From Amoebophrya sp. A120 (Eukaryota; Protista; Dinoflagellata), in contig CAJINV010000008.1 in NCBI GenBank assembly GCA_905178155.1, positions 2,232,001-2,296,000 on the forward strand: a stretch of DNA of 64,000 nt, read 5' to 3'. Positions 1 to 12,200 of this stretch are shown here, piece by piece. The stretch's first letter is position 1. Each line of letters starts with the position of its first letter. The position numbers were made by a program, and so were the translations under genes. Below the pieces are notes generated by a model, which saw only the letters and a list, made by a program, of their open reading frames with translations, was not told where the DNA came from and did no database searches.

Positions 1-1345
1 CCAAATCAATGGGCCCACCAATTCATTTAGTTGGTGGCGGCGCACGACGAGTCTCTATGCCTACGTAGATAAAGTAAGATCCAGTCTGTCACGCTGTTTG
101 AGTCGAAAACGAAAATCTGAAAGCCCCATGTTCGCCATGCTGTTGTTTAAGTTTAACATTCTTTCCCATGAGTCTGCACCTGTTTGCGATCGGCTTCATC
201 ATTTGCGTTCCCGCGATTTATAATAAGGACATTTTGTGCGTCGGGCATCTCATGCATGGTGTTGCACCATAATTGCTATTCCATTTTATTGCTTTCCCAC
301 CAGGTGAGGCATCCATATTTACCGGACTCGTGGCCTCGCTCCAGCTTCGCCCCCTTGGTGGCGCTGCGCAGGCGGAGAAGGTCGCAGGGCTTGCCTGTTT
401 GTCCGGATGCTGCACACTGGACTTCTGGGCGTACTGGTGCTGCTGCTGTTCCTTCTGCGTGCGCCCTTGCAGATCAACCCCACCGGCTGCGGGGCCCCCC
501 TCGGTGACCAAGATTGCGCCAAAAGGGGAGAGCCAGATATCAGACGTGTGAAAAGCAGCCATATGTTTTCTGTAGTTGGCTCTACAAAATGAAATTATAC
601 AACAAGAATTAATTTGCGATGTCGTTCTTGCACCATTTTCCTCATCGGAGCATCATCATGATCGAAACAAAAGTAAGCGTGGTCAGGTCGTTTTTCATGC
701 GTGGTGTGTGCTTGCTATTGCGACCGTTATATAGTCGTGATGTAGAATCAGAATGTTCATGTTGACGGCTCACACCTTTTTCTGTTCCTAGCAAGGCATC
801 AGCATCTGCAGCGTGCTGCAATCGGCGACGTGAGAAAGTGTCGCCGGCGCCGTCTGTTTAGCCTGACAAACAGATTTGAAATTGGCAGCTTCTACAATGC
901 AGGCTTTCGAGAAAGACAAGGCACGTCACAGCACTCCTACTTACAAGTATTCAGTTAGTATTTCCCCCCCTGCAACATGACAAGACCAAGACATATGCAC
1001 TTCAATCTACAGTGGATACTAGAAGGACAATATCGCACATGAAAGACTGTTTGAAGAATGGTGTAGTACTAGTTTGATTGTCTTGATGACCTGCTTCTCT
1101 CGCAGTAGCAGCACTGGATGCCTGATGCGGAAAAATGAGGATCAAGAAGGAAGTGTGGCTGCTGATAGTCATTGAGAATTTTACAGCGTAGCTAGCGGGC
1201 ATATTTTTTCGCCACTTGCGTTATTTCTCCTTTTTATTTCTACCCGTCACAGGAGCAGGACGAGCTGCACAGTCGCACTGTTTGCGGTTTCATTTCGTCG
1301 TTGGCATGTAGTTAAAGAAACCGTGTCAGCCGGTGACTGCGTTCG

Positions 1346-3607
1346 TTGGATAGATCAAGAATATTTCAGCATGCTTTGATTGCCTTTTTTTGTGCGATAT
1401 CAGAGGGGACACGACCATTGGAACCCACAGATCGTGACGTTGGAGTTGACCCACCAGCATCCCCGCACCCGCTGACCCTGCGCGGCGACTCGGCTCCCGG
1501 TCGCGGTGGGGCTAAAGAGCAGAAGCTTGGAGGCGTCCGCAGAGCCGGCGCGTTCGTCGGCAAGCAACTGAGCGCCGCACGGTATCAAAAGGAAAAATCC
1601 CCCCTCCCCATATCGAAAAGGTATGTTTCCGAAAATTTCTGTTGCTGATTTGAGGTCACAAATCATGTCTGTCTTGCAAGAAGACAAGGGCAGAAGCTTC
1701 CGCCCCAATATGGAAGCGATTTGCCATGCTGTTGGGCCTAAAAGTGACCCGCTTGCCGTGCTGAACAACTAGACCCATACGCCCCTACCCAGCCTGGGGA
1801 TCTGGCCGCAGTACCTCTCTGCAATACAAACCCGATTTCGGTACACAAATCCAGCATCAGAAATTCCGTTTTGATATGGGGAGGGGGGATTTTTCCTTTC
1901 GATACACGGGAAGCAGTCGCTTCTCGCTTTAGCGGGGGAGCTAGGAACAGGAGAAAATCCGACCTACCGGGGGAAGCCTGCACTTTGTATCACGTGGCCC
2001 GCGACGGCAAGCCGTTTTTCGATGCGAGTGAAGATTCCGGCGCAGACGGTGCGAAGTGTAGAAGCGGCATACACGATCATGATCGTGGTCGGGTCGCACC
2101 AAGTACCGCGTTGACGCCCCGGCTATCAAATGTAAAAATGTCTGGGTCTGGAAGATTGGAACTTGTGATGCTAACTTTGGAATGTAAAAAAATCTGTATT
2201 GCATGACCAGCAAGAGGAGCCACATTTGTGCTACGCGAGGAGGGCATTTGTCATGCGCAAATGGCATCAGGAAGCTTTCCAAAACTCTGTGATGCTGGGT
2301 CATGCATTACAAGCATCATGGGTCATGCCAGACAAGCATGACAAGCCTTCCATTCTTCCAGACCCAGACATTTTTACAGTTGATACCGGCGCCGCAGCAT
2401 CGAAGAAATCTTAAACGATTCGGATCGCGTATGGATGTGTCAGAGTTGAAATCGTCAAAGTTGAAATGATTTGTCATGCAAAAAATGCGACACAATATTG
2501 CAGAGGACGCACGGGAGGCAGATCATAGTCCTGGTAAGGGTCAAAAGTTGGACTGCTGACTAGCATGACAGAAGGCACCTCTTTTGCCCTGAACCGCATG
2601 ACAGACTCGCTTCCAGGACCGGGAAAATTTGTCATGCACCGACTACAAACTGTAGGCCTAATTGGTATCCGTTTTATGCATGACAAACTATCTCAACTTT
2701 GACGATTTCAAACCTGACACATCCATATCGCGTTCTATCGAAGTCCCCGCGCTATGCCTGGAGTATGTTTAACTCAAGTCAGGGCCATGGTCAGCGACAG
2801 CTGGTGGTACAGGCTAGCTGTGCGAAAATGCAAGAACTCTTGTTGTCTTGCCGATACTTATCAGTCCGTGTGGCTTGTTGTCGTGCACTTGTTTTTCCAA
2901 CATGGAAAAAATAGCAGTGCCTGGTCGGGCACCTTCTGCCTGACAAAGATACAAGCAGAAGCCGAAACTGGGTAGGAAGTCGAAACATAAAAAACCCACT
3001 ACAGAAGTAATAAGTGACGCGACACAACATTTTACGTAGCATGTTTTACTTCCTGTACTTTACTTACCTTAGGTATTCGATTTTTGTTTTGGAAGCCTGA
3101 CGCGGGTAAGATTTTTCCAGTCGAAACGCTCGGAAGCGCAACAAAATACTGCGAGACGAGCGGCAGTCGGTTTCCGTCCCCCAATAGCAGCGGAGCTGGG
3201 AAATATCCAAGAAGAAAACTCCTTTACTGTGGTCCTGCATTTGTAAAGGGTGCAGCACAGTTGGCTTGCATGGCTCATATATAAAGTGAGCGCTGAAATG
3301 AAATAAAACTCTTTTACGCTTCGGTTTTTTTTTTGGGATGTCCGCCTTTCGCTGCAGCTGCTTTGTGTTTATGCAAGAGAAGCCGCTTGGCAAACGTCCT
3401 CCAATCATGCATCATGTTTGTCACAGTGAAGCCTTTTTTTTGTGTGAAACGAAATCGTGCGGGAAGAACAAACTTCTTGCGGCCCCAGGAACGGGCCCGC
3501 ACACCGACTCCCGGCGTTCGCCGTCACCGAGGGGGTCACCAAGGGGATCACTCACTGTGCATGCAGCGACCTCGCCGAGAACTTCGATTGCATCCCTGAG
3601 AGGTTGA
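1346..3607 (+). CDS. Hypothetical protein, 6 exons (4 introners + 1 GT-AG intron); true start uncertain
   Basis: Removing 1583-1909, 2124-2390, 2430-2732, 2763-3072 and 3204-3454 gives one frame: SAAR|EAVA...TPR|RRSIEEILNDSDR|VLSKSPRYAW|SIRFLFWKP...GAGK|SCGKNK...SLRG*. Confidence 0.7.
1583..1904. mobile_element. Introner family B
   Basis: TIR TATCAAAAGGAAAAATCCCCCCTCCCCATATC; TSD CACGG. Confidence 0.9.
2124..2385. mobile_element. Introner family A
   Basis: TIR TATCAAATGTAAAAATGTCTGGGTCTGGAAG; TSD CCGGC. Confidence 0.9.
2430..2727. mobile_element. Introner family C
   Basis: TIR TATGGATGTGTCAG..TTGAAATCGTCAAAGTTG; TSD TCGCG. Confidence 0.9.
2763..3072 (+). other. Canonical GT-AG intron
   Basis: GTATGT...CCTTAG; removal joins frames. 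Confidence 0.65.
3204..3449. mobile_element. Introner family D, degenerate
   Basis: Decayed TIR; TSD GGAAA/CGAAA; frame restored. Confidence 0.65.
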
Positions 3608-4567
3608 AAAGAATATTCTGCAACAAGGGATAGATACCCTCTTGCGGTGATTACGCAGCGGAGCCAAGGGCGTTCTCTTCATTTTGAAGATTTTTTCGCA
3701 GCAACTGCATATGCGAAGAATCTTGTTATCGATGGTGGAGCGAACACAGAATAGCCGATCATCAGATTGTTTACCGATTCGATTTACCGACGGGATTTTT
3801 GTTTCTGCAATCTGCGTTGAAAAAAAGAAACTGAAGCTGCAAATTCTTCTTGTTATCTGATGATAGTTTTGAAGTCTGGAAATCGATTTCTTTCCTTGGG
3901 TTTTTGAAGAGACAGCAGCAAGATGTGAATTGCCGCCAGACGTATGCAGTCATGGCTGCAAAAGCCAAGGTGTATCTATCATATCAGTCGACTCCGCCCT
4001 GATTGTATCGATATCATAAACATAGAGCATACAACTTCTAATGGGAGCTCGGACGCACGAGCGTGTTTCCTTTCTTCGTCTCGAACTCGATTAAGTTCTG
4101 GGAAAAGCTTTCATTCTGATGTTCACTTTGCGCATACTTATGTACGGACTCACATTGTATTCGCAAGTATTGATCATCTTTGCGTGCAGTAAAGAAACCT
4201 AAGGCGATGACGGACGAGTGCAGCTGTCTTGCTGAGCGAGCAACTGCAGTGACATTGAGGTCTACTTAGTCACTAGGCTCGGCGATTTGTGTGGGCAGCT
4301 AGAAATTAGGAGCATGAAAGCAAAGAGCATGATCCAGCTGCAGGAGATACCTATTCTGAATGCTCGGGGTATCATGCCTGTGATGCACACGCACAGCGAG
4401 AATGACAACTGACGTGTGACTTTTATCCTGAAACTACCCAGTTGGTTCCGTTTACGCCAAAGGGCCCGTGTTCTTGCTGCGCCTTGGCTGCGGTACGTAC
4501 GTTGATAAGACTTGGTCAACAAGTAGAACTACCCTAAGTACTTACACACCGGGCCAAGAAGTAGAAC

Positions 4568-7440
4568 ATGCCGCCCCGTGGGTCCGCTGGTGGTTCCTCC
4601 GTGGCGTCCGTCATAGATGGAGTCAATACTTACATACAAGCCGGACCGGGAGGCCTCAGCGTGCTGTGCTTCTTCTACCCAGTGCAAATACTGACAGGGT
4701 GACTCAGAAGTCTGGATTAGAATGATCGCAGCAAAATTTTATCACGGAGGATTAGCACGAGCGGCTAGTATTCTTTTTATTACGGCAGGAAATCGTCAAA
4801 AGAGAGGTTATGATTTTATTTAGTTTTCGGGGTGGTTTTGTATGTAAAGGTACTCTCCAAGTAGTCTGCTGGAGGAAAATAATTGCCAACATGCTACAAA
4901 TCTAATAAATGCGTGGTGTTTCCTCGTGTGTGTGTGTGGAAACGCGGATACAACTTTGCGCAAAGCATGCTAAGTATGGAGTTTGAAGGGAATCAATTGA
5001 TGGTGATTGGATGTTTGTGCCAGCTAGACGGCAGCATTCGTTTGAACCCAGGGTGCTGCATACTGGTTAATATTTGCACATTGCATATCCGCATAGGAAT
5101 CGCCACGATGGTCGTGGGTGTAATGGGAGTGCTCGAGGAAGTTATGGACCTGTCTCTGTTCATATGCGACGCAACTATACAACCGCCTCTGCCCCTTCGA
5201 ATCTTCATGACAGCTGGTGAGCAGCAAAAAGATACCCGTGCGATACTCATGTCACATTTTAGACGTGTAGTGAAGATCCAGGACACGAGTGTCTATGCAA
5301 GCTAGGTGCAGGCGCATGAAAAGCGAGAAGCATGTAGTATCGACTTCATTTTCCCTCTTTATGCAGCGATGGAGGGCCCTCACCCTCCTCATGTGCGCGA
5401 GCTCTTCATACCATACATGTGTGGGTTTTCGGGCGTAGTTTCACTGCATAGGTCAGCGACCCGTTCGACTTCGTACAATCTCTTCAGCTGTCAAATGTCA
5501 ATCTTCTGTACCTCCATCCAAACTACAGACTGATTTATTTCGAAAAACCAGATGAAGAAGTCAGGCCTTTTGTTAAGGTCGTATGATGATCTCTGTTAGC
5601 TGGAGGACGGAAGGTCCTCGAGGGACCTCGTTTTGAATTTTTTAAGAAAAAATCTAACTCCCAATTGATGGCGCTTTCTGCAAAAACAAAAACACTTATC
5701 CATATAGACTCTGCACCTCTATCTGTGTTTCTTCGGGTTTACTGCGGTGCTGCTAGAGTCGGATGCGGAACATATTGAACTGAAAAGTTGTTGTGCCGCT
5801 GCGCCGCCATCACGGGGAAATGTTTGCATTACAGCGCTCTGTGGGGAAGGTCTTTTATGCACCACCGACACAATTACTTGTCATTGTCAACCACGAATTT
5901 AGCCGAAATAATGATGAATCTGTGTAGTTGCACACTAGAGACGATGTTGCACGAGTAAAGAGGCGCGCCACGCCGAGATGCGCCGTTCCTCCATGGAAGC
6001 ATAAGGCTTCTTTGGGCGTGGGCCCGAAAGGGAGTCTTTGCACGACACGAACGTGTGTGCCGTTTTGAAGCGGGGCACTTTTCATTCTGATAAAGCGAAT
6101 CAAGGACGTCCCCGTCGTCGGTCCCCTTTCCGTGCATTTACACGCCTATCAAAAATTCGTCAACGAGTACGCGCACTTCCTCACGCACATACGCGGACGG
6201 GGCGGTTATCCTGTGCAGAAACATCCCCGCCCCGGAGTCAGGTCGGGAATTCTGCAACACAAATGAAGAAGTTTTTCTCTGTATTGTAGTGCAGGTTACC
6301 TCGAGCTCCAAGAACAGCCGCATCACAAAGCCGCCAGCTAATCCTGTTTACAGCAGTACAAAGCGCCAGAAGACGAATGGAAATGCCTCCGAGGCGCATG
6401 CGCATTACAAGCGTTCCTGTAATTGCAGATCTACATGACGATTTTGGTTGACAGCTATTTGCGGCCATGGGCACAGGGGGAGGCAAAGAGTGTCGCGCTT
6501 CTGTTTAGCATGACGATGGTGCGGGGTTGGGGAAGTTTTTGCTCAGGATCGCGGTTTCTACATATTCATCGGCACCTTTTGTTACGTCGAGCGGAAAACA
6601 AGGCTGCTCTTGCACTAGTAGTGCAGTTGTCCTCGGAAGGCGACCTAAATCAATGCGTAAACTAGGTACTTGCAGCAGGAGTTCAGTCTTATGCCACTGG
6701 AGGGCTTCTGCAATGAGACAGGCTCCTGCGAGGACGTGGGGTAGATTGTATGATCCATGGTAGCACGTTACAGAATGACCACCTGTGCACCACAATTTCC
6801 CATCCTGATGCAGATTGAAATTGGCATTCCGTTCGTTATCCGAGACTACAGCTACTGCTTACATTGGCACCACACGTTTTCATTTCATATCTGCATCACT
6901 GAGTGCATACTCTGCCCGCTCTTCCTGGTAAAAGTAGTCTTTTTTGCCTACAAAAGCTTCTCTTCGTGCCGAATGAAATGTGATGATGAAAGAGATGCTG
7001 GCTCGCAGATTTCTCGTGCTTGCGCTTTACCATTCAGCTGCATATTCGCCATGCAAGCGCTGCTGCGTCGAGATCAGGATCGATTATGCTGGCAAAACTT
7101 TACACAAAAAGATTCGCCCCAGTGCCAGTGTATCATATCAGATATTCCGATATTGGCTTCTGCACGCGCAAAGAAATCCAGACTACAAGAAAATATTGAA
7201 ACCTGCAGGTCGGCGCTGCAAACGGAGCGGTTGGAGTATTGCTCATGTTGCTGTCGTTTGGATACAAACCAGATCTCAGCTCACAGAACGTACTGTCGAA
7301 AGTCTGAACAGAAGTTCCATAGTTGGGTGGTCGGCTGGTCATCTATACTTACATGTGCAGTTGTAAATAAAGCTTTCATCAGGTGCTGGATGATTAAAAT
7401 ATCAAGCCCTGTTCTACCTCCGGGGGCACGACAGAATTAG
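4568..7440 (+). CDS. COPI-associated / TVP15-18-like multi-pass membrane protein, multi-exon; 3' end and one internal junction unresolved
   Basis: Joined exons read YIQAGPGGLSVLCFF|IGIATMVVGVMG...HLYLCFFGFTAVLLESDAE|QIKDVP...YAHFLTHIRGRGG|FYIFIGTFC|ITECILCPLFLV. The FL...GRG.FYIF.G signature matches my recollection of the COPI-associated family. Not visible in the ORF track. Confidence 0.6.
4676..5087. mobile_element. Degenerate introner
   Basis: GTGCAAATA...TATTTGCAC inverted ends; TSD TCTTC/TCCGC; frame restored. Confidence 0.55.
5773..6092. mobile_element. Introner family F, degenerate
   Basis: TATTGAACTGAAAAGT...ACTTTTCATTCTGATA; TSD decayed; element+5 restores frame. Confidence 0.6.
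6207..6550. mobile_element. Introner family E
   Basis: Internal similarity to 12806-13084; TSD GCGGT. Confidence 0.8.
6583..6889. mobile_element. Degenerate introner
   Basis: TAC...CATA ends; TSD TTTGT/TCTGC; frame restored. Confidence 0.5.
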
Positions 7441-7587
7441 CTAGTTGATGCTCCTGCCCGAGGCGGTACAGCACTTCTAAGTGTGTAACTAGGCAGGCGC
7501 CCACACAATTGCTGTAGATTCATCTCTGACTGATCACAGCGTGTTCTGCTTTTGTTCGAAACGGAAGATAGGAATTGCGACCGTGAC

Positions 7588-7629
7588 TGTGCCCGACCGC
7601 TAGCTGTTGGTTGTGAGAGTGAGACTTCT
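7588..7629. repeat. 42-bp exact direct repeat, second copy at 8661-8702
   Basis: TGTGCCCGACCGCTAGCTGTTGGTTGTGAGAGTGAGACTTCT seen twice. Confidence 0.9.
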
Positions 7630-8105
7630 GGAGGTTGCACCTGGTGCGCCATTTATGGAGGTCGAGGTCGAACTGTTGTTTCCATTCAAAATCTCTGCCA
7701 ACAACTGTTCTTGCTTCTTTTTCAGCAAGGTGCCCTCAAAAAACGTGCATGATGAAGAACCGAGGTTCCTATCCGGCAGCTGCTTCGTCAAGCACCTTTG
7801 TAGGTACTGGAGGTCCTTTTCTGCCTCCACTTTCCCCCGCAGCCAGACGCAGGTGTCATTTTCCTTCAGCGTGAACCCCAGCTGGTGGAGCAGCGCTTCC
7901 AATTTTTTCGATCTCCCCGTCATGATATCGTCCGAAGGAGAAGCAGCAGGAGCAAGATCTCTCGTTGTTCTTTGGCGCTCCTGGTGGTCGTGCGACATGA
8001 TCTGCAACGCGCTAGAATCTTCATTTTTCTGCTCCTCGTAGTTCTCCTCCTGTAAAAACAACAGCGGCTCCAACTTCTGCTGCAGAGTGGCGTTGCCTGG
8101 CCGCA

Positions 8106-8371
8106 TATGAAATGCAACCATGTCTGGGTCTGCAAAAATTCTGAGACTTGTCATGCACGTTTTGCATGAGCCATGATGTCTGTGATGCATGCCCTAGCAT
8201 CACAGATTTTTTTGGGGCCTCCTGATGCCTATACCGCATGACAAATGCCCTCTCCGCGTAGCAGAAAACGCATTCCCTTTGCTGCTCACGCAAGGTAGAT
8301 TTTTTTGGAATCCAAATGCAGCATCACAGGTTGCATTCTTCCAGACCCAGACAACATATTTGCATTTGATA
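8106..8371. mobile_element. Introner family A
   Basis: TGTCTGGGTCTG/CAGACCCAGACA TIR; TSD CCGCA. Confidence 0.9.
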
Positions 8372-8405
8372 CCGCAGCCGGCGAAACTTGTCGTTGTTGG
8401 GGTCA

Positions 8406-8660
8406 TATCAAATGTAAAAGTGTCTGGGTCTGGAAGATTGCCAGGTTTGTCATGCACATTTTGCATGACTCCTGATGTCTGTGATGCATGCCCTAGCATC
8501 ACAGATTTTGTGAGGGCTTCCTGATGCCTGTACCGCATGACAAGTGCTCTTTCCGTGACTTGGACTCTCTTTGCTGCTCATGCAATACAGATTTTTTTAG
8601 AATCCAAAATCGGCATGACAAGTTGGATTCTTCCAGACCCAGACATTTTTACAGTTGATA
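8406..8660. mobile_element. Introner family A lacking a TSD
   Basis: Intact TIRs; flanks GGTCA / TGTGC do not match. Confidence 0.85.
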
Positions 8661-9207
8661 TGTGCCCGACCGCTAGCTGTTGGTTGTGAGAGTGAGACTT
8701 CTTGAGTACAAGAATACCGTCAGGCCCTACGGCTGAAGATCTTCCTCCATTTCTTCTCTGTCGGTACTACATGTGTGCTGTATGTTTTCAGATCCTAGCC
8801 CTAAAAGCTAGATCTGTGTCTTGATTTCTATTCTCTGACTATCTCTTCAATATCCGATAATTACTATCGGCATTATCCTCATCAACGAAAATTATTTTCC
8901 TTGTCACAGGACCCAGGTGATCGTGTTTTGGCACGCCCAACAAACGTGGACGACCAGGATTTCTTGAGTAGCAAAAGAAGTACTGGCCTTCGTTTTTTTT
9001 TTCTTTTTCTTCATCGGCTCGGACGCCTGAGCACTGCACTTTATCGCCCTTAGGCACTAGCATTTGAACTTGACAAAAATAAATATCATCCTCTTTGGTT
9101 GAGTGCAGAGTTGAATATTAGCACAGTATTGAATTCTTTCGAGAAGTGACAAGTAAGACCGACATCAATAGGGCCATCGACAGTGTCGTCTTTCGGAATC
9201 TTTAACA

Positions 9208-12200
9208 ATGGCGCCCCAAAGTAGAATCAGCGGAAGGATAGAGGATCCTTTGCTCTCGTTTGACAAAACGGAGTTACCAGAGGAAAAAACGAGCGGAGCG
9301 ACTTCTAACAAGACGAGTGCGGCAAGGACTCCGGATAACTTAGTGTCGGCGGACGTTTCGTCTGCGACCGCTGGTCCTACCCCCGCTCGGTCTTTGCTTT
9401 TCATGAAGCTGTTCTTCACCGCACCACCGTTGTTTCTCCTTGCTCTCGGCTTTTATCGCGGCGTCGCGCGGCATAATCCGTACGTCCAGTATGCTGTGCT
9501 GGTCGCCAGTGAAAGTGTTTTTGGCGGTAAAAAAAATCATGGTAGCTCGTCCTTAGCAGCCGACGTCGTTGTAACGCCACCAGGACGAGACGACGGGGAG
9601 ACCACCGTGTCCGTTGCTGTGGCGAGGAAGCCCCACGCTCAGCAAGTGTTAGACGCAGAAACAGTGCGTTCTCTTGTCGGAAAAACGAAGGAAAGAAGTA
9701 CTACTACAGCAAACGCTGGCGCTAGATCACCAGCCCCCGCAGGGCACCAGCAGCAAGAAGACGCAGCTAACCTCCAGGAGTTGTACGTGTGTCAGCTCTA
9801 TTCACCGCAAATTACATGCCTGGGTCTGGAAATAGTTTGTGATGTCCGCGCTCCCCGTGAGAAACTAATAAGACGACTTAATTTATTAGTTTGCATGAAA
9901 ATTTTTTGAAACCCAGGTCTCAGCACCGCACAACTCGCTTGAGAAAAAATCACGTCTTTGCATGACCAACTAAATAATTTACCCGGCGTTAACTCATCCG
10001 CTGCTCGTGCTTCATTCGAGACGCCCCAACAAGAGACGTGTGCTCCACATTCTCCCAAAGCAAGTCATATTTGCGGTGGATAAAGAGTTGGTCAACCACA
10101 CACTCGGCGTGCTGTCTGCGAGCAACACCGGGCAAATAAATCACGACTTCTTCAAAGGTTCCGACCTCAGGGAGCTGTACAACCTGCGGCTTGATAGTCA
10201 TGTCGACACGGGCAAAAAAATTCTCCTACAGGGTGACCACGTCACCAAGGTGTTTTCCACAAGGAGCAGCAAGTTCGATCCTGACGACAAGACGTCTGTT
10301 ATTACCCATGGCGAGACGTCAATCGAGGAAACTTCTGCAAGTGCAACACCGAGCGCGGCGGCTGCTGCGCAAAAACTGGCGTCGCGAAAAAATAACGCAA
10401 CAACCACCTACACGTCGCCGACGCCGTTTGTTCCTTTCGGGGACTGGATCTTTGATCTGCAGAAACTTCGCGAGGAAATTCAAGCAAACAAGGACCGTTT
10501 CGTATCAAAGTGAAAAAAGCCCCCACCCCATATCGGAAACGGAAGATACGCGAATTTGTGATGCTGTATTTGAGTACACAAATGGACTTGCATTGCTAGA
10601 GGGCCAAGAGACTAAGCTGCGGCCTAAATTGCAAGTAATCTGTCATGCTGTTTCCCACTTCCAGTTGCCTCCTGTCATCCTGGAGCTGCAAGGCTTTCCC
10701 ACGCTAGACAGCACTACAGTCCGCATCTTTTGCCTTCTAGCATCACAAAGCTGATTTGTGACCCCAAATCTGCATCACAGATTTCCGTCTTGATATGGGG
10801 AGGGGGGATTTTTCCTCTCAATATTTCGTCGTTGTCCACGATTTTTTGTCGCCGGAGTTTCTCGCCCGAGTATTCTATTTAAAAACGTCCCCACCCCATA
10901 GTTGTAATGCAAATCTGCATGCTGAAAATGTTTCTCATGCGGAGCCCCATGAGAAGCATTTTCCAATCGTGTTTTGCAATTTGTCGTGCTCCAATCAGCA
11001 TGGTATGCTAGATCTGTAATGCTGCTGAGCTACCTCAAACAGCACTACACTACGAGTCCAAATTTGTCATGCAAAACAGACAAGACTTGTGGACTTCTCT
11101 AGCCGATTGCCCATCTTGACTCTGGTGTGGGTACGTTTTTACTCAGGATACCGAGTGACTGCCGCGTATCCCGAGGTTGTAGTCAACGAAGTGTTGGACG
11201 GGGAAAAAATGAAAAATGACAAAAGCAGCCCCAAGCTCAAAAGCGAATCTGTGTCTGGTGCACAAAACATAGGAACGGAAATGAACAACACTACAACAGA
11301 AGAACTAGTGCCATCAGAAGCTGCTGAGTCCATATCCAGGAAAAAAACTGTGTCAGTGTAACTTTTTTCGGACGAACAGCATCACAAATGAATATCGGAC
11401 GAACAGCATCACAAATGAATTATGGTAAAAATATCGGCGCGGTTCTTTTAGAATCACAAATGAATAAATATACCTGGCATGATTGAGGACAGCAAAATAA
11501 AGTTGCCATACGAAGCAAGTACTGGGTGGAGAGTTGTACGTGATAACACGACACATCAGATACGAAACTTGCCTGCGACAACGCATGTCAAGCATGACAA
11601 CAAGGTTCACAACTGTTTTGCGGCGTCTGTACTTGTTCTGCAAAGTTACGCACAGAAGTTTTTGTCTTGCATAGTCTAACTGGTTCATGTACAGCAACCC
11701 GTTGGAGGTCAAGTACTTGAACGATCACTTCGAGCGGTACCAAGCCGACCTGAAACGGTATTTTCACCTTTTATCCCACCCGGTCGTTGCCCATGTGTTC
11801 ACGAAGCTCTTCGACTTTTCGGAAGCACTTCACTACGATCCAGTGATCCACGGTGGGGGATTGCACGCGATGCCACGGGTATCGCCAGAAAGAACTGTTT
11901 CACTGTAAACTTGTAATGCAGAAAATGTATTTCACAAGTGTTTGTCTTGCTAAACATGCAAGACAGTGGAGTTTTAGCTGTGTTTTCCCTTAGGAACCTT
12001 GCATGGCAAATTTTCTTTGTCATGTAGAGCAAACTTGTGATGCAAAACCTGCAAAATCCTTGCAGTGAGACACTTTTTTCGTACGATAACGGGGTGGCCG
12101 GCTGAACATGCACCTGGATTACGAAAAGCACCCCTTTCTGAAAAACAAGCAGCGGCGATTGAATGTGATTTTCTTCCTCAATGACGAGTGGCGGGTATCC

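Larger units (their letters stand above)
7600..8750 (-). pseudogene. PUB-domain protein gene, apparently damaged (or mis-assembled) at its 5' end
   Basis: After removing 8106-8371 plus TSD the frame reads DPNNDKFRRLRPGNATLQQKL...LEALLHQLGF, which are PUB motifs. The ATG at 8750 is one base out of frame, and a 42-bp duplicated segment abuts the second element. Confidence 0.55.

Noticed and set aside
2199-2414. Recurring small ORFs (MHDQQEEPH..., LPDPDIF, KNPPSPY) as a protein family or transposase
   Set aside because: Chance translations of the repeated elements; frames and stops are not conserved between copies and there is no DDE or recombinase motif.
1583-2732. First three element+TSD lengths are multiples of 3, suggesting translated or intein-like inserts
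   Set aside because: They contain in-frame stops, and many other elements are not multiples of 3.
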